This document shows, in pieces, positions 39,187-49,702 of a stretch of DNA of 64,000 nt. The notes below the pieces were generated by a model. It was not told the origin of the DNA. It was given only the letters and a program-made list of their open reading frames with translations, and ran no database searches. The stretch comes from an uncultured archaeon (GTDB lineage Archaea > Asgardarchaeota > Lokiarchaeia > Sigyniarchaeales > SOKP01): the NCBI GenBank assembly GCA_964632315.1, contig CAZWEM010000002.1, forward strand, positions 64,001 to 128,000, in the 5' to 3' direction. Numbering within the stretch: position 1 is the first letter of the stretch; each line of letters begins with the position of its first letter. The position numbers and the translations under genes were made by a program.

Positions 39187-40106
39187 TTAAGCCTTACTTT
39201 GTTTATTGCTTGATTCATCTTTTCTATTTCGAATCTAGCAGCCTTATCGAATTCAGAGGGGGAATAGTTTTGATATTTGTTATAAGCAAACATGATTCCT
39301 CGAGATGAATTAATTATTCCACCTAATCCTTTTGAATCGAACCCATATTTGATATCTTCGCCGGTTGCGCCTTGCACTCCGTAACCAGGCATTAGGATAA
39401 AGGATTTAGTAAGGATTTTTCTAATTTCCTTTAATTGGGATGGATATGTTGCCCCTACAACAGCTCCAAGGTTAGAATAACCAGAAAATCGATGTAAATT
39501 TTCATTCCACTTATTTAAAAGCTTAGCCATTTGGATGTAATTCCGTTCCAGTTTTAAATTCTCAACCTGAACTTCAGTAGAATCATCATTTACATTATCT
39601 AATCTTATACTGAATAGATCTTGGAATTCAATACTACTCGGATTTGATGTTTTTACTAATATAAATATTCCTTTCTCAAAATAATTCTCAAAATAGGGTC
39701 TTATTGAATCTATTCCAAGATACCCGTTTAGAGTACAAGCATCAGCTTGATAAACGTTAAAAGTTGAATCTGCGTAAGCTTTCGAACTTGATCCGATATC
39801 GTTTCTTTTAGAGTCTAAAATAACGAGTAAGTCTTTCTTATGGGCATAATTAATTGTTTCTTTTAGACAATTAAGGGCATCATATTTTTCGTAGAATGCA
39901 ATTTGAGGCTTTATCACGGGGATTATATCACATGTTCTATCAATTAATGCTTTATTGAATTCTAAAATGATTTGATTTGGTTCTTCATAATAATCAATGA
40001 GAAATTGAGGAATAGTCCCTTCTTTTTCTAAACGAGGGTCCAAACCCATACATACTACGCTATTTTTATCCAGTATTACTTCAATTAAATCTTCAATAAA
40101 CGACAT
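39183..40106 (-). CDS. pyrF: Orotidine-5'-phosphate decarboxylase
   Basis: CMGLDP, KPQIAFYE, ILDSKRNDIGSS, VKTSNPSS, GAVVGATYP, LMPGYGVQG, NSSRGI. Confidence 0.95.
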   Translation of the reverse strand: MSFIEDLIEVILDKNSVVCMGLDPRLEKEGTIPQFLIDYYEEPNQIILEFNKALIDRTCDIIPVIKPQIAFYEKYDALNCLKETINYAHKKDLLVILDSKRNDIGSSSKAYADSTFNVYQADACTLNGYLGIDSIRPYFENYFEKGIFILVKTSNPSSIEFQDLFSIRLDNVNDDSTEVQVENLKLERNYIQMAKLLNKWNENLHRFSGYSNLGAVVGATYPSQLKEIRKILTKSFILMPGYGVQGATGEDIKYGFDSKGLGGIINSSRGIMFAYNKYQNYSPSEFDKAARFEIEKMNQAINKVRLN

Positions 40107-40252
40107 TATCTATGACTCACAATTTAGATCTCTCTCTGTAAAAAATGAGGCGATTCTCAAAAATATTTGTATAAATTTTTTATTTAATATTTATAAACGA
40201 AGATTAAAAAAAGGAAACAAATTAATATAATAAATAAAATGAGTGAAGTTTA

Positions 40253-41494
40253 ATGGTTGCAATAAAATTAAGTGAAGATATTTATTGGATTGGAGCAAAT
40301 GTACATACAGAAGATCTATTTGAAGGCATATGGCCCATTCCATATGGAGTCGCTCTGAACTCTTATGTTATTAAGGGAGATAAGATCGCGTTAATCGAAT
40401 TAGTTAGAGAATGGGGAGATGCTGCCTTAACACTTCTGAAGAACCTTGAATCAGTTTCAGTAAAATTAGAAGATATTGATTATATTATCTTAAATCACCT
40501 TGAACCAGATCATACTGGATTCACCTATATGATAAAGTCTCTTTCTCCGTATGCCCAAATCCTTTCAACTCAAAAAGGAGTGGATTTAGTAAATGCATTT
40601 TATAATGTTGAGGAAAATGTTAAACCTGTTAAGACTGGTGATGAAATAGACCTTGGTAAAAATAAAGTATTGAAATTTGTTGAAATTCCTAACGTGCATT
40701 GGCCAGAGACAATGGTGACTTACGAACAGAATTCAGGGATCTTGTTTTCTGGTGATGCTTTTGGAGCGTTTGGTGTTCACCATGGCAGTATTTTCGAAGA
40801 TGAAACTCCAGAGGATAGTAAGCCTTATTGGGAAGAAGAGATGCTAAGGTACTATGCCAATATAATTCCTATGTTCTCTAAGAACGTATTGAATGCTATT
40901 GATAAGTTATCAGGAATCAAAATTAACATGATAGCTCCATCACACGGATTAATCTGGCGGTCTCGACCAGATGTAGTCATAAAAAAGTACAAAAGATATG
41001 CAAATTATAACAATGATTTTGCCGAACCTGAATTATGTGTTGTTTGGGGAAGCATGTATGGTAATACGGAGGTCATGTTAAATTCGATTTTAAAGGGTAT
41101 CGCAAAGGCTGGTGTTCATGTTAATATTCATCGTGTTCCTAACGAAGATCCATCATTTATCTTATCCGATGCTTATAAATCTGCGGGTTTGATAATTGGG
41201 GCTCCCACGTATGAATATGGGATGTTTCCTCCCATGAAGTATATTATGGATCTGTTAAAGAAGAAATTCATTAGATATAAAAAAGTTCTCTATTTCGGTT
41301 CATACGGTTGGAGCGGTGGAGCGAAAAAGGATTTTACTGAGCTTTCTGAAAATATGAAATGGGACATTTACGATGCAATCGCATATAGAGGATATCCATC
41401 TCAAGAGGAATTGGAAAAAGGTGAAGAACAAGCCTTCAAACTGGCTAAAGATGTCAAGGATATAGAATCGAAAACAGAGGGAGAAGATTACTAA
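40253..41494 (+). CDS. fprA: Flavodiiron protein (FprA family)
   Basis: NHLEPDH, VHWPE, FSGDAFG, YYANI, APSHG, SMYGNT, FGSYGWSGG. Confidence 0.95.
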   Translation: MVAIKLSEDIYWIGANVHTEDLFEGIWPIPYGVALNSYVIKGDKIALIELVREWGDAALTLLKNLESVSVKLEDIDYIILNHLEPDHTGFTYMIKSLSPYAQILSTQKGVDLVNAFYNVEENVKPVKTGDEIDLGKNKVLKFVEIPNVHWPETMVTYEQNSGILFSGDAFGAFGVHHGSIFEDETPEDSKPYWEEEMLRYYANIIPMFSKNVLNAIDKLSGIKINMIAPSHGLIWRSRPDVVIKKYKRYANYNNDFAEPELCVVWGSMYGNTEVMLNSILKGIAKAGVHVNIHRVPNEDPSFILSDAYKSAGLIIGAPTYEYGMFPPMKYIMDLLKKKFIRYKKVLYFGSYGWSGGAKKDFTELSENMKWDIYDAIAYRGYPSQEELEKGEEQAFKLAKDVKDIESKTEGEDY

Positions 41495-41523
41495 TCATTT
41501 AATTTTATTTATTATATAAGAAT

Positions 41524-42912
41524 TTAAGATTCAATGAGTTTTTCAATTTGATTCGTAATTATTTTCCCGTGTGCTACGGCATCAACCACGCTTTTGGATC
41601 CAGTTACACAATCTCCTCCAGCAAGCACTTTTGGTATTGAAGTAATGAAATTTTGATCAATTTTGATAGTATTTTTATTCGTTATTTTCAAATCCTTAGT
41701 ATCGAATTCATCTAAGTCTGCTTCTTGGCCCACCGCTTCAATAATAAAATCAGCATCTACTTTAAAATTTGAGTTCTCAATTGGGAGTGTTCTAGGACGA
41801 CCACTATCGTCAAGGTCCCCCAATTCCATTTTTTGGCATACTGCTCCAAGGAGTTCCCCTTCTGTACAGATAAATGATACGGGATTCGTTAAAAAGCTTA
41901 CGATTATTCCCTCATCAAATGACTCCTCTATTTCTTCCTTTCCTGCGGGCATTTGTTCTTTTTTTCTACGATAAATAATAGAAACTTCTGCCCCAAGCCT
42001 TTTTGCTACCCTAGCAGCATCCGTTGCTGTGCTTCCTCCACCAATAACAGCCACGCTTTTTCCCTTAATATCAGGAAATTTCTTCTCTAAATTAAATTTT
42101 TTTAAAAATTCAATCGCTTGTAAAACTTTACTGGATTCTTCTCCAGGAAGACCAATTTCTTTAGCTTTATGAGTCCCAATTCCAATTACAACGACATCAT
42201 ATCCCGATTCAAAAAAGTTTCTGATTGGATTTTTTTCATCAATAGAAATGTTTTTCTTGAATTCTATTCCCAATTTTTTAAGATTGTTTACTTCTTCAGT
42301 CACAACTTCTCTTGGCAATCTAAATTCGGGAATTTCAGATATTAACATACCACCTATAACGTTCAGTTTTTCGAAAATGGTGACTTGAAAACCAAGTTTT
42401 TTAAGAAAATATGCACTCGATAATCCTAAAGGTCCGGATCCTATAATCGCTACTTTCTTACCATTATTTGGTTTACAGCTGAAAAAATCTTTAGATAATC
42501 CATAATGATCAACCAAATATCGCTTAATCGTTGGAATTTGAATAGGATCTCCAACTTTTCCAGAAGTACAATATTGTTGACAATATCCTGGGCATACTCG
42601 TTCTACAGATCTAGGAAAAGGGTAATGTTCATAGATAATTTTTAATGCTTGGTCAATATTACCACTTATAACATTGGAGATTATTTCTCTGGTATTACAA
42701 TGTGTAGGACAATTTTTCATGCACGGTGGGGGTTTTATTTCAGGGTCGCTTTTTTTAAAACATTGAAGACATCTTTCACATTCTTTAATAACTTCATCCA
42801 TAGTTCGAAAACCTTGGTTAACTTCATCAAAATTTTTAATTCTATCTTGTGCATCTAATAGATGAGGTTTAAAAGCAGTTTTTTTTCTCTTTTTTTTTTG
42901 ATTTGTGCTCAT
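41524..42912 (-). CDS. GltD/SudA/NfnB-like NAD(P)H-dependent FAD/Fe-S oxidoreductase
   Basis: RIKNFDEV, ECERCLQC, PCMKNCP, RVCPGYCQQYC, IIGSGPLG, IPEFRLP, VIGGGSTATDAAR, AGGD. Confidence 0.9.
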   Translation of the reverse strand: MSTNQKKKRKKTAFKPHLLDAQDRIKNFDEVNQGFRTMDEVIKECERCLQCFKKSDPEIKPPPCMKNCPTHCNTREIISNVISGNIDQALKIIYEHYPFPRSVERVCPGYCQQYCTSGKVGDPIQIPTIKRYLVDHYGLSKDFFSCKPNNGKKVAIIGSGPLGLSSAYFLKKLGFQVTIFEKLNVIGGMLISEIPEFRLPREVVTEEVNNLKKLGIEFKKNISIDEKNPIRNFFESGYDVVVIGIGTHKAKEIGLPGEESSKVLQAIEFLKKFNLEKKFPDIKGKSVAVIGGGSTATDAARVAKRLGAEVSIIYRRKKEQMPAGKEEIEESFDEGIIVSFLTNPVSFICTEGELLGAVCQKMELGDLDDSGRPRTLPIENSNFKVDADFIIEAVGQEADLDEFDTKDLKITNKNTIKIDQNFITSIPKVLAGGDCVTGSKSVVDAVAHGKIITNQIEKLIES

Positions 42913-43021
42913 TTTATGTGTCCAATTCTAAAACTGAGTTGATTATGTGAAAAATCATAACTGATATAAATTTGCTGTTTATAATACAAAAAGATTTGAA
43001 TATTTAACCTATTTAATCCTC

Positions 43022-44371
43022 CTAATCTGCAAATTCGTCCAGAATTGCATAAATTTCATCAATTAAAGAACTAATTTTAATTGTTTTTTGCTCTTCAGTT
43101 TTCATATTCTTTATAGTAACATTACTTTCTTGCATTTCTTTAGGGCCAATAATTAGGGTGATTAATACTCCGAGTTCATTAGCTTTACTTAACTGATTTC
43201 CCATCCCTTTAAATCTATAATCAATAATACAGGGAAATTCTTCACTCCTAACTATATTTGCCAATTTGAGAGCATATTTAGAAACGCTTTCATTAATGGA
43301 TGCGATGAAAATCGTATCTGTATAATCTTTTTCGCGAATTTCTGTTGGTATTAAATTGTACGTTTTCAAAAATAATGATAACATTAGTGTTCCCATTCCA
43401 AATCCAGTTCCAGTAATTTTTTCATCAGAAAATAAAGATGCTAAATCATCGTACCTTCCACCTCCAAAAATACTCCTAATATTTTTCTTCCCAGTATCAA
43501 AAACTTCATAAACGATTCCCGTATAATAGTCTAATCCGCGAACTGTTTTTGGAGAGAAACTACAATATTCTGTAATTTCAGCATCCTCAATGAGAGCAAT
43601 AAAAGCACTAAGTTCTTTATATCCCTCTGTTTCATAAAAATTTTTAGGAATATCATCAAAGGATGAAAGTAACTCATCTAAAGATTTAGAATCCTTGATT
43701 TTATATATCCCTTGAATTACATTTTCTTCTTTGAATGATTCTCTAACGAACTCATCAAATTCAGATTCTTCCATCTTATCTGATTTATCAAGAATTTTAT
43801 AAACAAGAGGATATTCATTTTTCTTTACCCCTAATAAAAGTTCACAAACAGAATCAATAAACCTCCGGTTATTATAATATATTTGAAATTGATCCGAATT
43901 TGCTCCAAATTGTTTAAATATATCAACTATTACCATGAAGATTTCAATGTCAGCATAAAGGCTTTCCTCTGCTAATATGTCAAAATTTATCTGTTTAAAT
44001 TCACGTCTCCTACCCCTTTGAGGTCTTTCATACCTGAAGCAGGTTGGTACTGAAAACCAGCGTATTGGCTTTTTGAGTTCTTGGCTTTTTCGTGAAATCA
44101 TGCGCGCTAAACTTGGTGTTAATTCAGGGATTAATATCAACCTTTCCCCTTCTTTTTTTTCTATTATAAATGATTGTTCATTAACCAATTCTTCAGAAGA
44201 TTTAGCAGCAAAAATTTCAATTGGTTCAATCTGAGGACTTTCGAATTCTTCAAATGAATAACGTTCCGCTATATCTCGAATGGTCTCTATTATCCAATTG
44301 AGTTCCCTCAAATCTTCTGGGTAATAATCTTCCATTCCTCGTAAGGGTTCAGTAGAAAATTTTTTTGACAT
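43022..44371 (-). CDS. hisS: Histidyl-tRNA synthetase
   Basis: LRGMEDY, PELTPSLAR, FRYERPQRGRRREFKQ, VRGLDYYTG, GGGRYD. Confidence 0.97.
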   Translation of the reverse strand: MSKKFSTEPLRGMEDYYPEDLRELNWIIETIRDIAERYSFEEFESPQIEPIEIFAAKSSEELVNEQSFIIEKKEGERLILIPELTPSLARMISRKSQELKKPIRWFSVPTCFRYERPQRGRRREFKQINFDILAEESLYADIEIFMVIVDIFKQFGANSDQFQIYYNNRRFIDSVCELLLGVKKNEYPLVYKILDKSDKMEESEFDEFVRESFKEENVIQGIYKIKDSKSLDELLSSFDDIPKNFYETEGYKELSAFIALIEDAEITEYCSFSPKTVRGLDYYTGIVYEVFDTGKKNIRSIFGGGRYDDLASLFSDEKITGTGFGMGTLMLSLFLKTYNLIPTEIREKDYTDTIFIASINESVSKYALKLANIVRSEEFPCIIDYRFKGMGNQLSKANELGVLITLIIGPKEMQESNVTIKNMKTEEQKTIKISSLIDEIYAILDEFAD

Positions 44372-44505
44372 TAGTAGCAACCAATACTTTTGAATATGAT
44401 TATAAAAAATCGGTTTCAAATATTAGTTTCGATCCTCGATAACTTAAATTCGAAATTATATTTTGTATTATTACTAAATTTGACTTTTGCTAAAAGTGAA
44501 TATAG

Positions 44506-45585
44506 ATGAATGAAAAATGGAAAGCTGAAATATCAACACCTGCATTAGTTTTAGATTATGATGTAATGCTGGAAAACATCAAAAAAATGTCTGAATTTGT
44601 AAAAAGTACAAAAGTGACCTTACGACCACATCTCAAAACTGCTAAGATGCCCTTGATAGCACATATGATCTTAAAAGAGGGAGGCGCAAGAGGAATCGCG
44701 GTGGCAAAGGTTGGAGAAGCTGAGGTTTTTGCTCAATCAGGAATAGAAGATATCTTAATTGCTAATCAAGTTATTGATCCCGAACATATAAAGAGATTAA
44801 TTAGGCTAAATAAATACATATTAGCAAGGTGTGCTGTAGATTCAAAAAAGAATATATTAGATTTAAGTAAATATGCAATTCAATCGAATAGTGAACTTGA
44901 AGTTTTACTTGAAATTAATTTAGGATTGGGAAGAGCTGGTGTAAAGCCCGAAGATCCTGCTTTAGAAATCGCTAAATTCATTAGAGCCACTCCAGGTGTA
45001 AATTTGGTTGGTTTGCAAGGTTATGAAGGCCATTTAACTCCGATGATGAATGCAGAACAACGAGAGGAGATGACTAACGATTGCATGAAAACACTCATTG
45101 ATACTAAAAATTTGTTAATCAATGAAGGATTCAAAATCGATATTGTATCCACCTCTGGATCAGCAACTTACATGTATTCAGCAAAATATCCAGGAGTCAC
45201 AGAAATTCAACCCGGAACGTATTACTTTTCTGATGAGCATTTACACAGGGTTAATCCAGTCTTTGACATTGCGGTAACTGTATTAACTACCATCCAAAAT
45301 CAAACGGGAAAGAAGGAATTTACAGCCGATGCAGGTACAAAAGCAATAGCAACAGGAGATGGAAAGCCAGAAGTTAAAGGGTTTCCAAAAATTAGATTTC
45401 GAGTAATAAATGAAGAACATTCGCAAATGAAGAGCATTGGTGCAGATCTAGAAATAGGACAAAAGATAGAATTTATCCCAGCACATGTATGTACTACTAT
45501 TAATCTATATGATTTCATTCATGTCGTTAAAGATAATGAATATATTGGTAAATGGCAAATTCCTGCTCGAGGTAAAAATTATTAA
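44506..45585 (+). CDS. Fold-type III PLP enzyme, D-serine dehydratase/D-threonine aldolase (DSD1) family
   Basis: TPALVLD, LRPHLKTAK, GLQGYEGH, TEIQPGTY, DAGTKA, NEEH, PAHVCTTINL. Confidence 0.9.
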   Translation: MNEKWKAEISTPALVLDYDVMLENIKKMSEFVKSTKVTLRPHLKTAKMPLIAHMILKEGGARGIAVAKVGEAEVFAQSGIEDILIANQVIDPEHIKRLIRLNKYILARCAVDSKKNILDLSKYAIQSNSELEVLLEINLGLGRAGVKPEDPALEIAKFIRATPGVNLVGLQGYEGHLTPMMNAEQREEMTNDCMKTLIDTKNLLINEGFKIDIVSTSGSATYMYSAKYPGVTEIQPGTYYFSDEHLHRVNPVFDIAVTVLTTIQNQTGKKEFTADAGTKAIATGDGKPEVKGFPKIRFRVINEEHSQMKSIGADLEIGQKIEFIPAHVCTTINLYDFIHVVKDNEYIGKWQIPARGKNY

Positions 45586-45613
45586 TTCTAAATAAAATAT
45601 ATGGTAAAAAAAT

Positions 45614-45991
45614 ATGGTCGAATTAGAACATATAAATCCAGGCACTCCCGTAGCTGGTCCTTACACTCCTGGAGTAAAGGTAGGAGATTTATTATTTATC
45701 TCTGGTCAAGGTCCAAAACAGGGTGCAACCGAAATTAAAGAACAAACATACACTGTATTAGAGAACATCAAAGCAATTGTTGAAGCTGCTGGAGGATCAG
45801 TGGCTAATATTGTCCACATTAAAGTTTATTTGAGAGATATGAATGATTTTGGCAAGATGAACAGAACATATAAAAAGTTTTTTAATGAAAACGGAGTTAC
45901 TGAAAAATATCCCTCACGCTCAACACTTGAGGTTTCAAATCTTCCAGTAGCATCTATGCTTTTGGAACTTGATGCAGTGGCTTTGATTTAA
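45614..45991 (+). CDS. ridA: RidA/YjgF enamine deaminase
   Basis: GPYTPG, FISGQ, VYLRDMNDF..MN, YPSRS, LLELDAVA. Confidence 0.92.
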   Translation: MVELEHINPGTPVAGPYTPGVKVGDLLFISGQGPKQGATEIKEQTYTVLENIKAIVEAAGGSVANIVHIKVYLRDMNDFGKMNRTYKKFFNENGVTEKYPSRSTLEVSNLPVASMLLELDAVALI

Positions 45992-46245
45992 TCTATCTTT
46001 ATTTTTTATTTTTTTTAAAAGTAGAAGAAGAAAGGGATCTTGCATTTTAAGTTCAAATATAAAATGATAAAGATAAATCAACTATTTTAATTAATGATAT
46101 AGGTAAACTGATGCACAATTTTTATTCAATACAAATAACCTTGAAAGTAATGAAAAAATCATTGAAATCCTTGAAAACGTACTTAAATTAATGACCAAAT
46201 ATTAAATACTAGCAAATTGAATTCTTCAATAAAAAGGTGAAAATT

Positions 46246-48087
46246 ATGCCAAATGGATATATGGGAAAAATTTTGTGGGTAGACCTTTCTAATCAAAAAT
46301 TTGAAGATATGCAATTGACAGATGAGGTTTATAGGAATTATATAGGAGGTTATGGGCTCGCTACTAAAGTAATTTATGAACATACCCCCAAAAATTTCGA
46401 TCCATTAAGTTCGGATTCGGTTTTTGGGTTTTTTCCAGGATTACTTACGGGCACTGTCGCACCGTTGACTGGTCGTTTTATGGTTGCCGGTAAATCTCCA
46501 TTAACAGGAACTTGGGGAGATTCGAATTGTGGGGGTTATTTTGGACCAGAAATAAAGAAGTGTGGATATGATGCTATTTTGATTAAGGGAGCATCAAATA
46601 CGCCAAAAATGGTCACTATAATAAATGATGATAAGTCAATTGTAGATGCTTCAGAGTATTGGGGATTAGACGTCGTAGAAACAGAAAAAAAAATCAAAGA
46701 TAAATATGGAAATGTACAAGTCGCTAGTATTGGACAGTCGGGGGAAAAACTTTCGTTAATTTCGGGAATTGTAAATGATCAAGCGAGGATTGCGGGGAGA
46801 TCCGGGTTTGGGGCTGTTATGGGATCTAAAAAGCTAAAAGCAATAATTTTGAGAGGTAACAAAAAGATTGAACAAGCTGATAAAGATAGCACATTAAAGC
46901 ATACAAAAGAATACAATGAAGGCATTAAAGCAGCTACAAGTGGTGCTATACAAGCCTGGAGTACGATGGGAACGACATTTGGAAATACAGTATCTCCTTC
47001 AATTGGAGATACACCCATTAAAAACTGGGGAGGGACTAAAAATGAAGATTTTCCCGACGAAAAATTGAATAAAATATCAGGATTGGAAATTTTAAAATAT
47101 AAACAAAAAGACTATGGTTGTTTTTCTTGCCCAGTCCAATGTGGAGCAATCCTAAAAATTCCAGATGCTAATTTAGATGAAACACACCGACCAGAATATG
47201 AAACTTGCGCTAGTTTTGGACCTTTGTTATTAAATGATGATCTTCAATCTATATTTGTAATAAATGATCTTTGTAATAGAGCAGGGATCGATACGATCTC
47301 TGCGGGAGCTACCATTGGATTTGCGATAGAATGTTTTGAGAATGGGATTATCGATTTAGAAGATACTGGAGGAATTTCCCTCAAATGGGGGAATTCAGAA
47401 GCGATATTAAAAATCTTAAAGAAAATGATTAACCGGGAAGGTTTCGGTGATATTTTAGCAGATGGTTCTAAAATCGCTTCAGAAAAGATTGGTCAAGATA
47501 GTGAAAAATATGCAATGCATTCATTAGGACAGGAGCTTGGAATGCACTCTCCAAAATATTATAAAAATATGGGTGCTTCTTTTGCTTTTGATCCCACTCC
47601 TGGAAGACATACGACAGCAAGCATTGAAATGATGGCTGGGGGTCCTTTAATTAAACCAAATGGCTTATTTGAGGGATTCTCATTACCAAAACGATTTAAA
47701 AGGCCAGGAGATGACAGATATGAAGCCGCAAAGCTATTGATAGGATTATGGCAAAGCTTTTCAAGTGTTGGATTGTGTGAATTTGCATTATTCTTTCAAA
47801 AATATCCCTTACTTGAACTGATAAAATCAGTAGTTGGATGGGATATGGCGATGGAAGAATTCATAAATATTGGAATAAGAATTCAGACCTTAAGGCAAGC
47901 ATTTACTCTCCGAGAAGGAGTCAATCTTATTAAGAATGAACTCCCAGAAAGGACATATGATTTTGATTATCTCTCTGACTATAAGGGATATTGTGAAAAA
48001 ATAGGCTGGAATCCAGAGAATGGTGTTCCTTTAGAAAAAACTCTTCATGAATTAAATCTCGAGTTTGTTATAGATGATCTATACTAA
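46246..48087 (+). CDS. aor: Aldehyde:ferredoxin oxidoreductase
   Basis: GYMGKILWVDLS, KSPLTG, GRSGFGAVMGSKKLKA, CFSCPVQC, PEYET, GIDTIS, GLC. Confidence 0.93.
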   Translation: MPNGYMGKILWVDLSNQKFEDMQLTDEVYRNYIGGYGLATKVIYEHTPKNFDPLSSDSVFGFFPGLLTGTVAPLTGRFMVAGKSPLTGTWGDSNCGGYFGPEIKKCGYDAILIKGASNTPKMVTIINDDKSIVDASEYWGLDVVETEKKIKDKYGNVQVASIGQSGEKLSLISGIVNDQARIAGRSGFGAVMGSKKLKAIILRGNKKIEQADKDSTLKHTKEYNEGIKAATSGAIQAWSTMGTTFGNTVSPSIGDTPIKNWGGTKNEDFPDEKLNKISGLEILKYKQKDYGCFSCPVQCGAILKIPDANLDETHRPEYETCASFGPLLLNDDLQSIFVINDLCNRAGIDTISAGATIGFAIECFENGIIDLEDTGGISLKWGNSEAILKILKKMINREGFGDILADGSKIASEKIGQDSEKYAMHSLGQELGMHSPKYYKNMGASFAFDPTPGRHTTASIEMMAGGPLIKPNGLFEGFSLPKRFKRPGDDRYEAAKLLIGLWQSFSSVGLCEFALFFQKYPLLELIKSVVGWDMAMEEFINIGIRIQTLRQAFTLREGVNLIKNELPERTYDFDYLSDYKGYCEKIGWNPENGVPLEKTLHELNLEFVIDDLY

Positions 48088-48140
48088 ATAGTAATTTTCA
48101 AATTTTTTTTTTTATTATTTATTTAAGCTAAGTGATTTTT

Positions 48141-48422
48141 ATGAAGCAAAAATATATTGTAATGAATAAGACTGACAATTGTGCTACGGCTTTGGAGGAC
48201 ATTAAGAAAGGTGAAGAAATAGATTATAGTGACATCAAGTTCAAAATAAAACAAGAGATACCACTTGGTCACAAGTTCGCATTAATAGACATTAAGTCAG
48301 GAAATGAAGTAAGAAAATATGGTCAAGTTATTGGATTAGCGACGCAAAATATCTTCAAAGGAGAATGGATTCATACACATAATATTATAAGTCATTATCT
48401 TAAAGAGGTGGTAAATCAGTGA
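48141..48422 (+). CDS. UxaA/GarD/SuyA-type SAF-domain small subunit
   Basis: DNCATAL, IPLGHKFAL, KYGQVIG, GEWIHTHN. Confidence 0.9.
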   Translation: MKQKYIVMNKTDNCATALEDIKKGEEIDYSDIKFKIKQEIPLGHKFALIDIKSGNEVRKYGQVIGLATQNIFKGEWIHTHNIISHYLKEVVNQ

Positions 48423-49606
48423 ACGAAGAGTTCATGGGATATGAAAGACCGAAAAATAAGGTTGGAATCAGAAACAAGATTGCTATTATTCCTTCTGTTC
48501 TCTGTGTAAATCACATTGCTGAACGAATTGCAGCTAAAATAGATCAAGCTGTTGCAATTCGCCATCCACTAGGGTGTGGCCAATTTGGTCCCGATTTTAA
48601 TAATACTCTACGTACTTTAGCGGGATTAGGAAGTAATCCCAATATATATGGTGTTGTTGTAATTGGATTAGGATGCGAAAACTTAAAAAGCAAAGTATTA
48701 GCAAAAAATATTAAACGTTCAAAAAAGCCGGTGGAATTTTTTGATGTACAAGACATTAAAGGAGGTTCCATTGCTGCAATTGAGCATGGAATAAAAATTG
48801 CAAGTCGATTGAGAGATGAAGCAGACGAATTGGTTAGAGAACCGTTCGATTTTTCGAACCTAACGCTTGGATTAGAATGTGGAGGGTCTGATTCTATCTC
48901 TGGGATCACTGCTAATCCAGCAATTGGAATAGTTTCAGATAAAATTGTACAATTAGGAGGAACATCGATCCTACCCGAATTTACTGAGTGGATTGGAACA
49001 GAGCATATTCTTATTGATAGGGCTGTGAATCAAGAGGTTGCGACTAAAATTCATGAAACACTCACTGGATTTATCGATCATCTAAAAAATATTGGGATTG
49101 ACTTTTTAGGTGTTCAACCTACTCCTGGAAATATTGAAGGAGGGCTGTCAACGATAGAAGAAAAGTCGTTAGGAAACATTGCAAAATCAGGGAAAGCACC
49201 GATTCAAGGTTTAATAGATTATTCAGAATCTCCTAAAACAAAAGGTTTGTGGTTGATGCTTGAACCAGGACTCGATGTAGAATCCATGACCGGATTAGCT
49301 GCAGCAGGGGCAAATATTATCCTCATGACAACAGGGAGGGGGAGCCCCTGTGGAAATCCAATCGCTCCAGTAATAAAGTTATGTGGGAATCCAAAGACTT
49401 GTGAATGGATGGACAGAGACATTGATATAGATGCCAGTAAAATGTTAACTGGTGAGGCAACAATGGAAGAAATGGCTGAAATTATTTGGAAGAAATTGAA
49501 ATTAACTTGCAATGGGCAAACAACGCATTCAGAGTTACTAGGATTCAATGATTTAGCAATTTGGAGAAATAGTGCTTCTCCATTCCAATACATGCATTGC
49601 AAATAG
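48419..49606 (+). CDS. UxaA/GarD/SuyB-type dehydratase/lyase large subunit
   Basis: VGIRN, SVLC, HPLGC, GLGCE, ECGGSD..SGITANP, TPGNIEGGLSTIEEKSLG, TTGRG. Confidence 0.92.
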   Translation: MNEEFMGYERPKNKVGIRNKIAIIPSVLCVNHIAERIAAKIDQAVAIRHPLGCGQFGPDFNNTLRTLAGLGSNPNIYGVVVIGLGCENLKSKVLAKNIKRSKKPVEFFDVQDIKGGSIAAIEHGIKIASRLRDEADELVREPFDFSNLTLGLECGGSDSISGITANPAIGIVSDKIVQLGGTSILPEFTEWIGTEHILIDRAVNQEVATKIHETLTGFIDHLKNIGIDFLGVQPTPGNIEGGLSTIEEKSLGNIAKSGKAPIQGLIDYSESPKTKGLWLMLEPGLDVESMTGLAAAGANIILMTTGRGSPCGNPIAPVIKLCGNPKTCEWMDRDIDIDASKMLTGEATMEEMAEIIWKKLKLTCNGQTTHSELLGFNDLAIWRNSASPFQYMHCK

Positions 49607-49702
49607 CTTTTGATTGAAAAAAAATTCAATTAAAAGTAACTACCACTTTTTGTAAAAAAAATTTTCCAAGAAACTTTATAAAAATATCTTTTTTCTAATT
49701 AT

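Noticed and set aside
46021-46204. Coding-like intergenic stretch with TTGAAA repeats upstream of aor (gene remnant or operator)
   Set aside because: Interrupted by stops, no recognisable homology, and such hexamers are expected in AT-rich DNA
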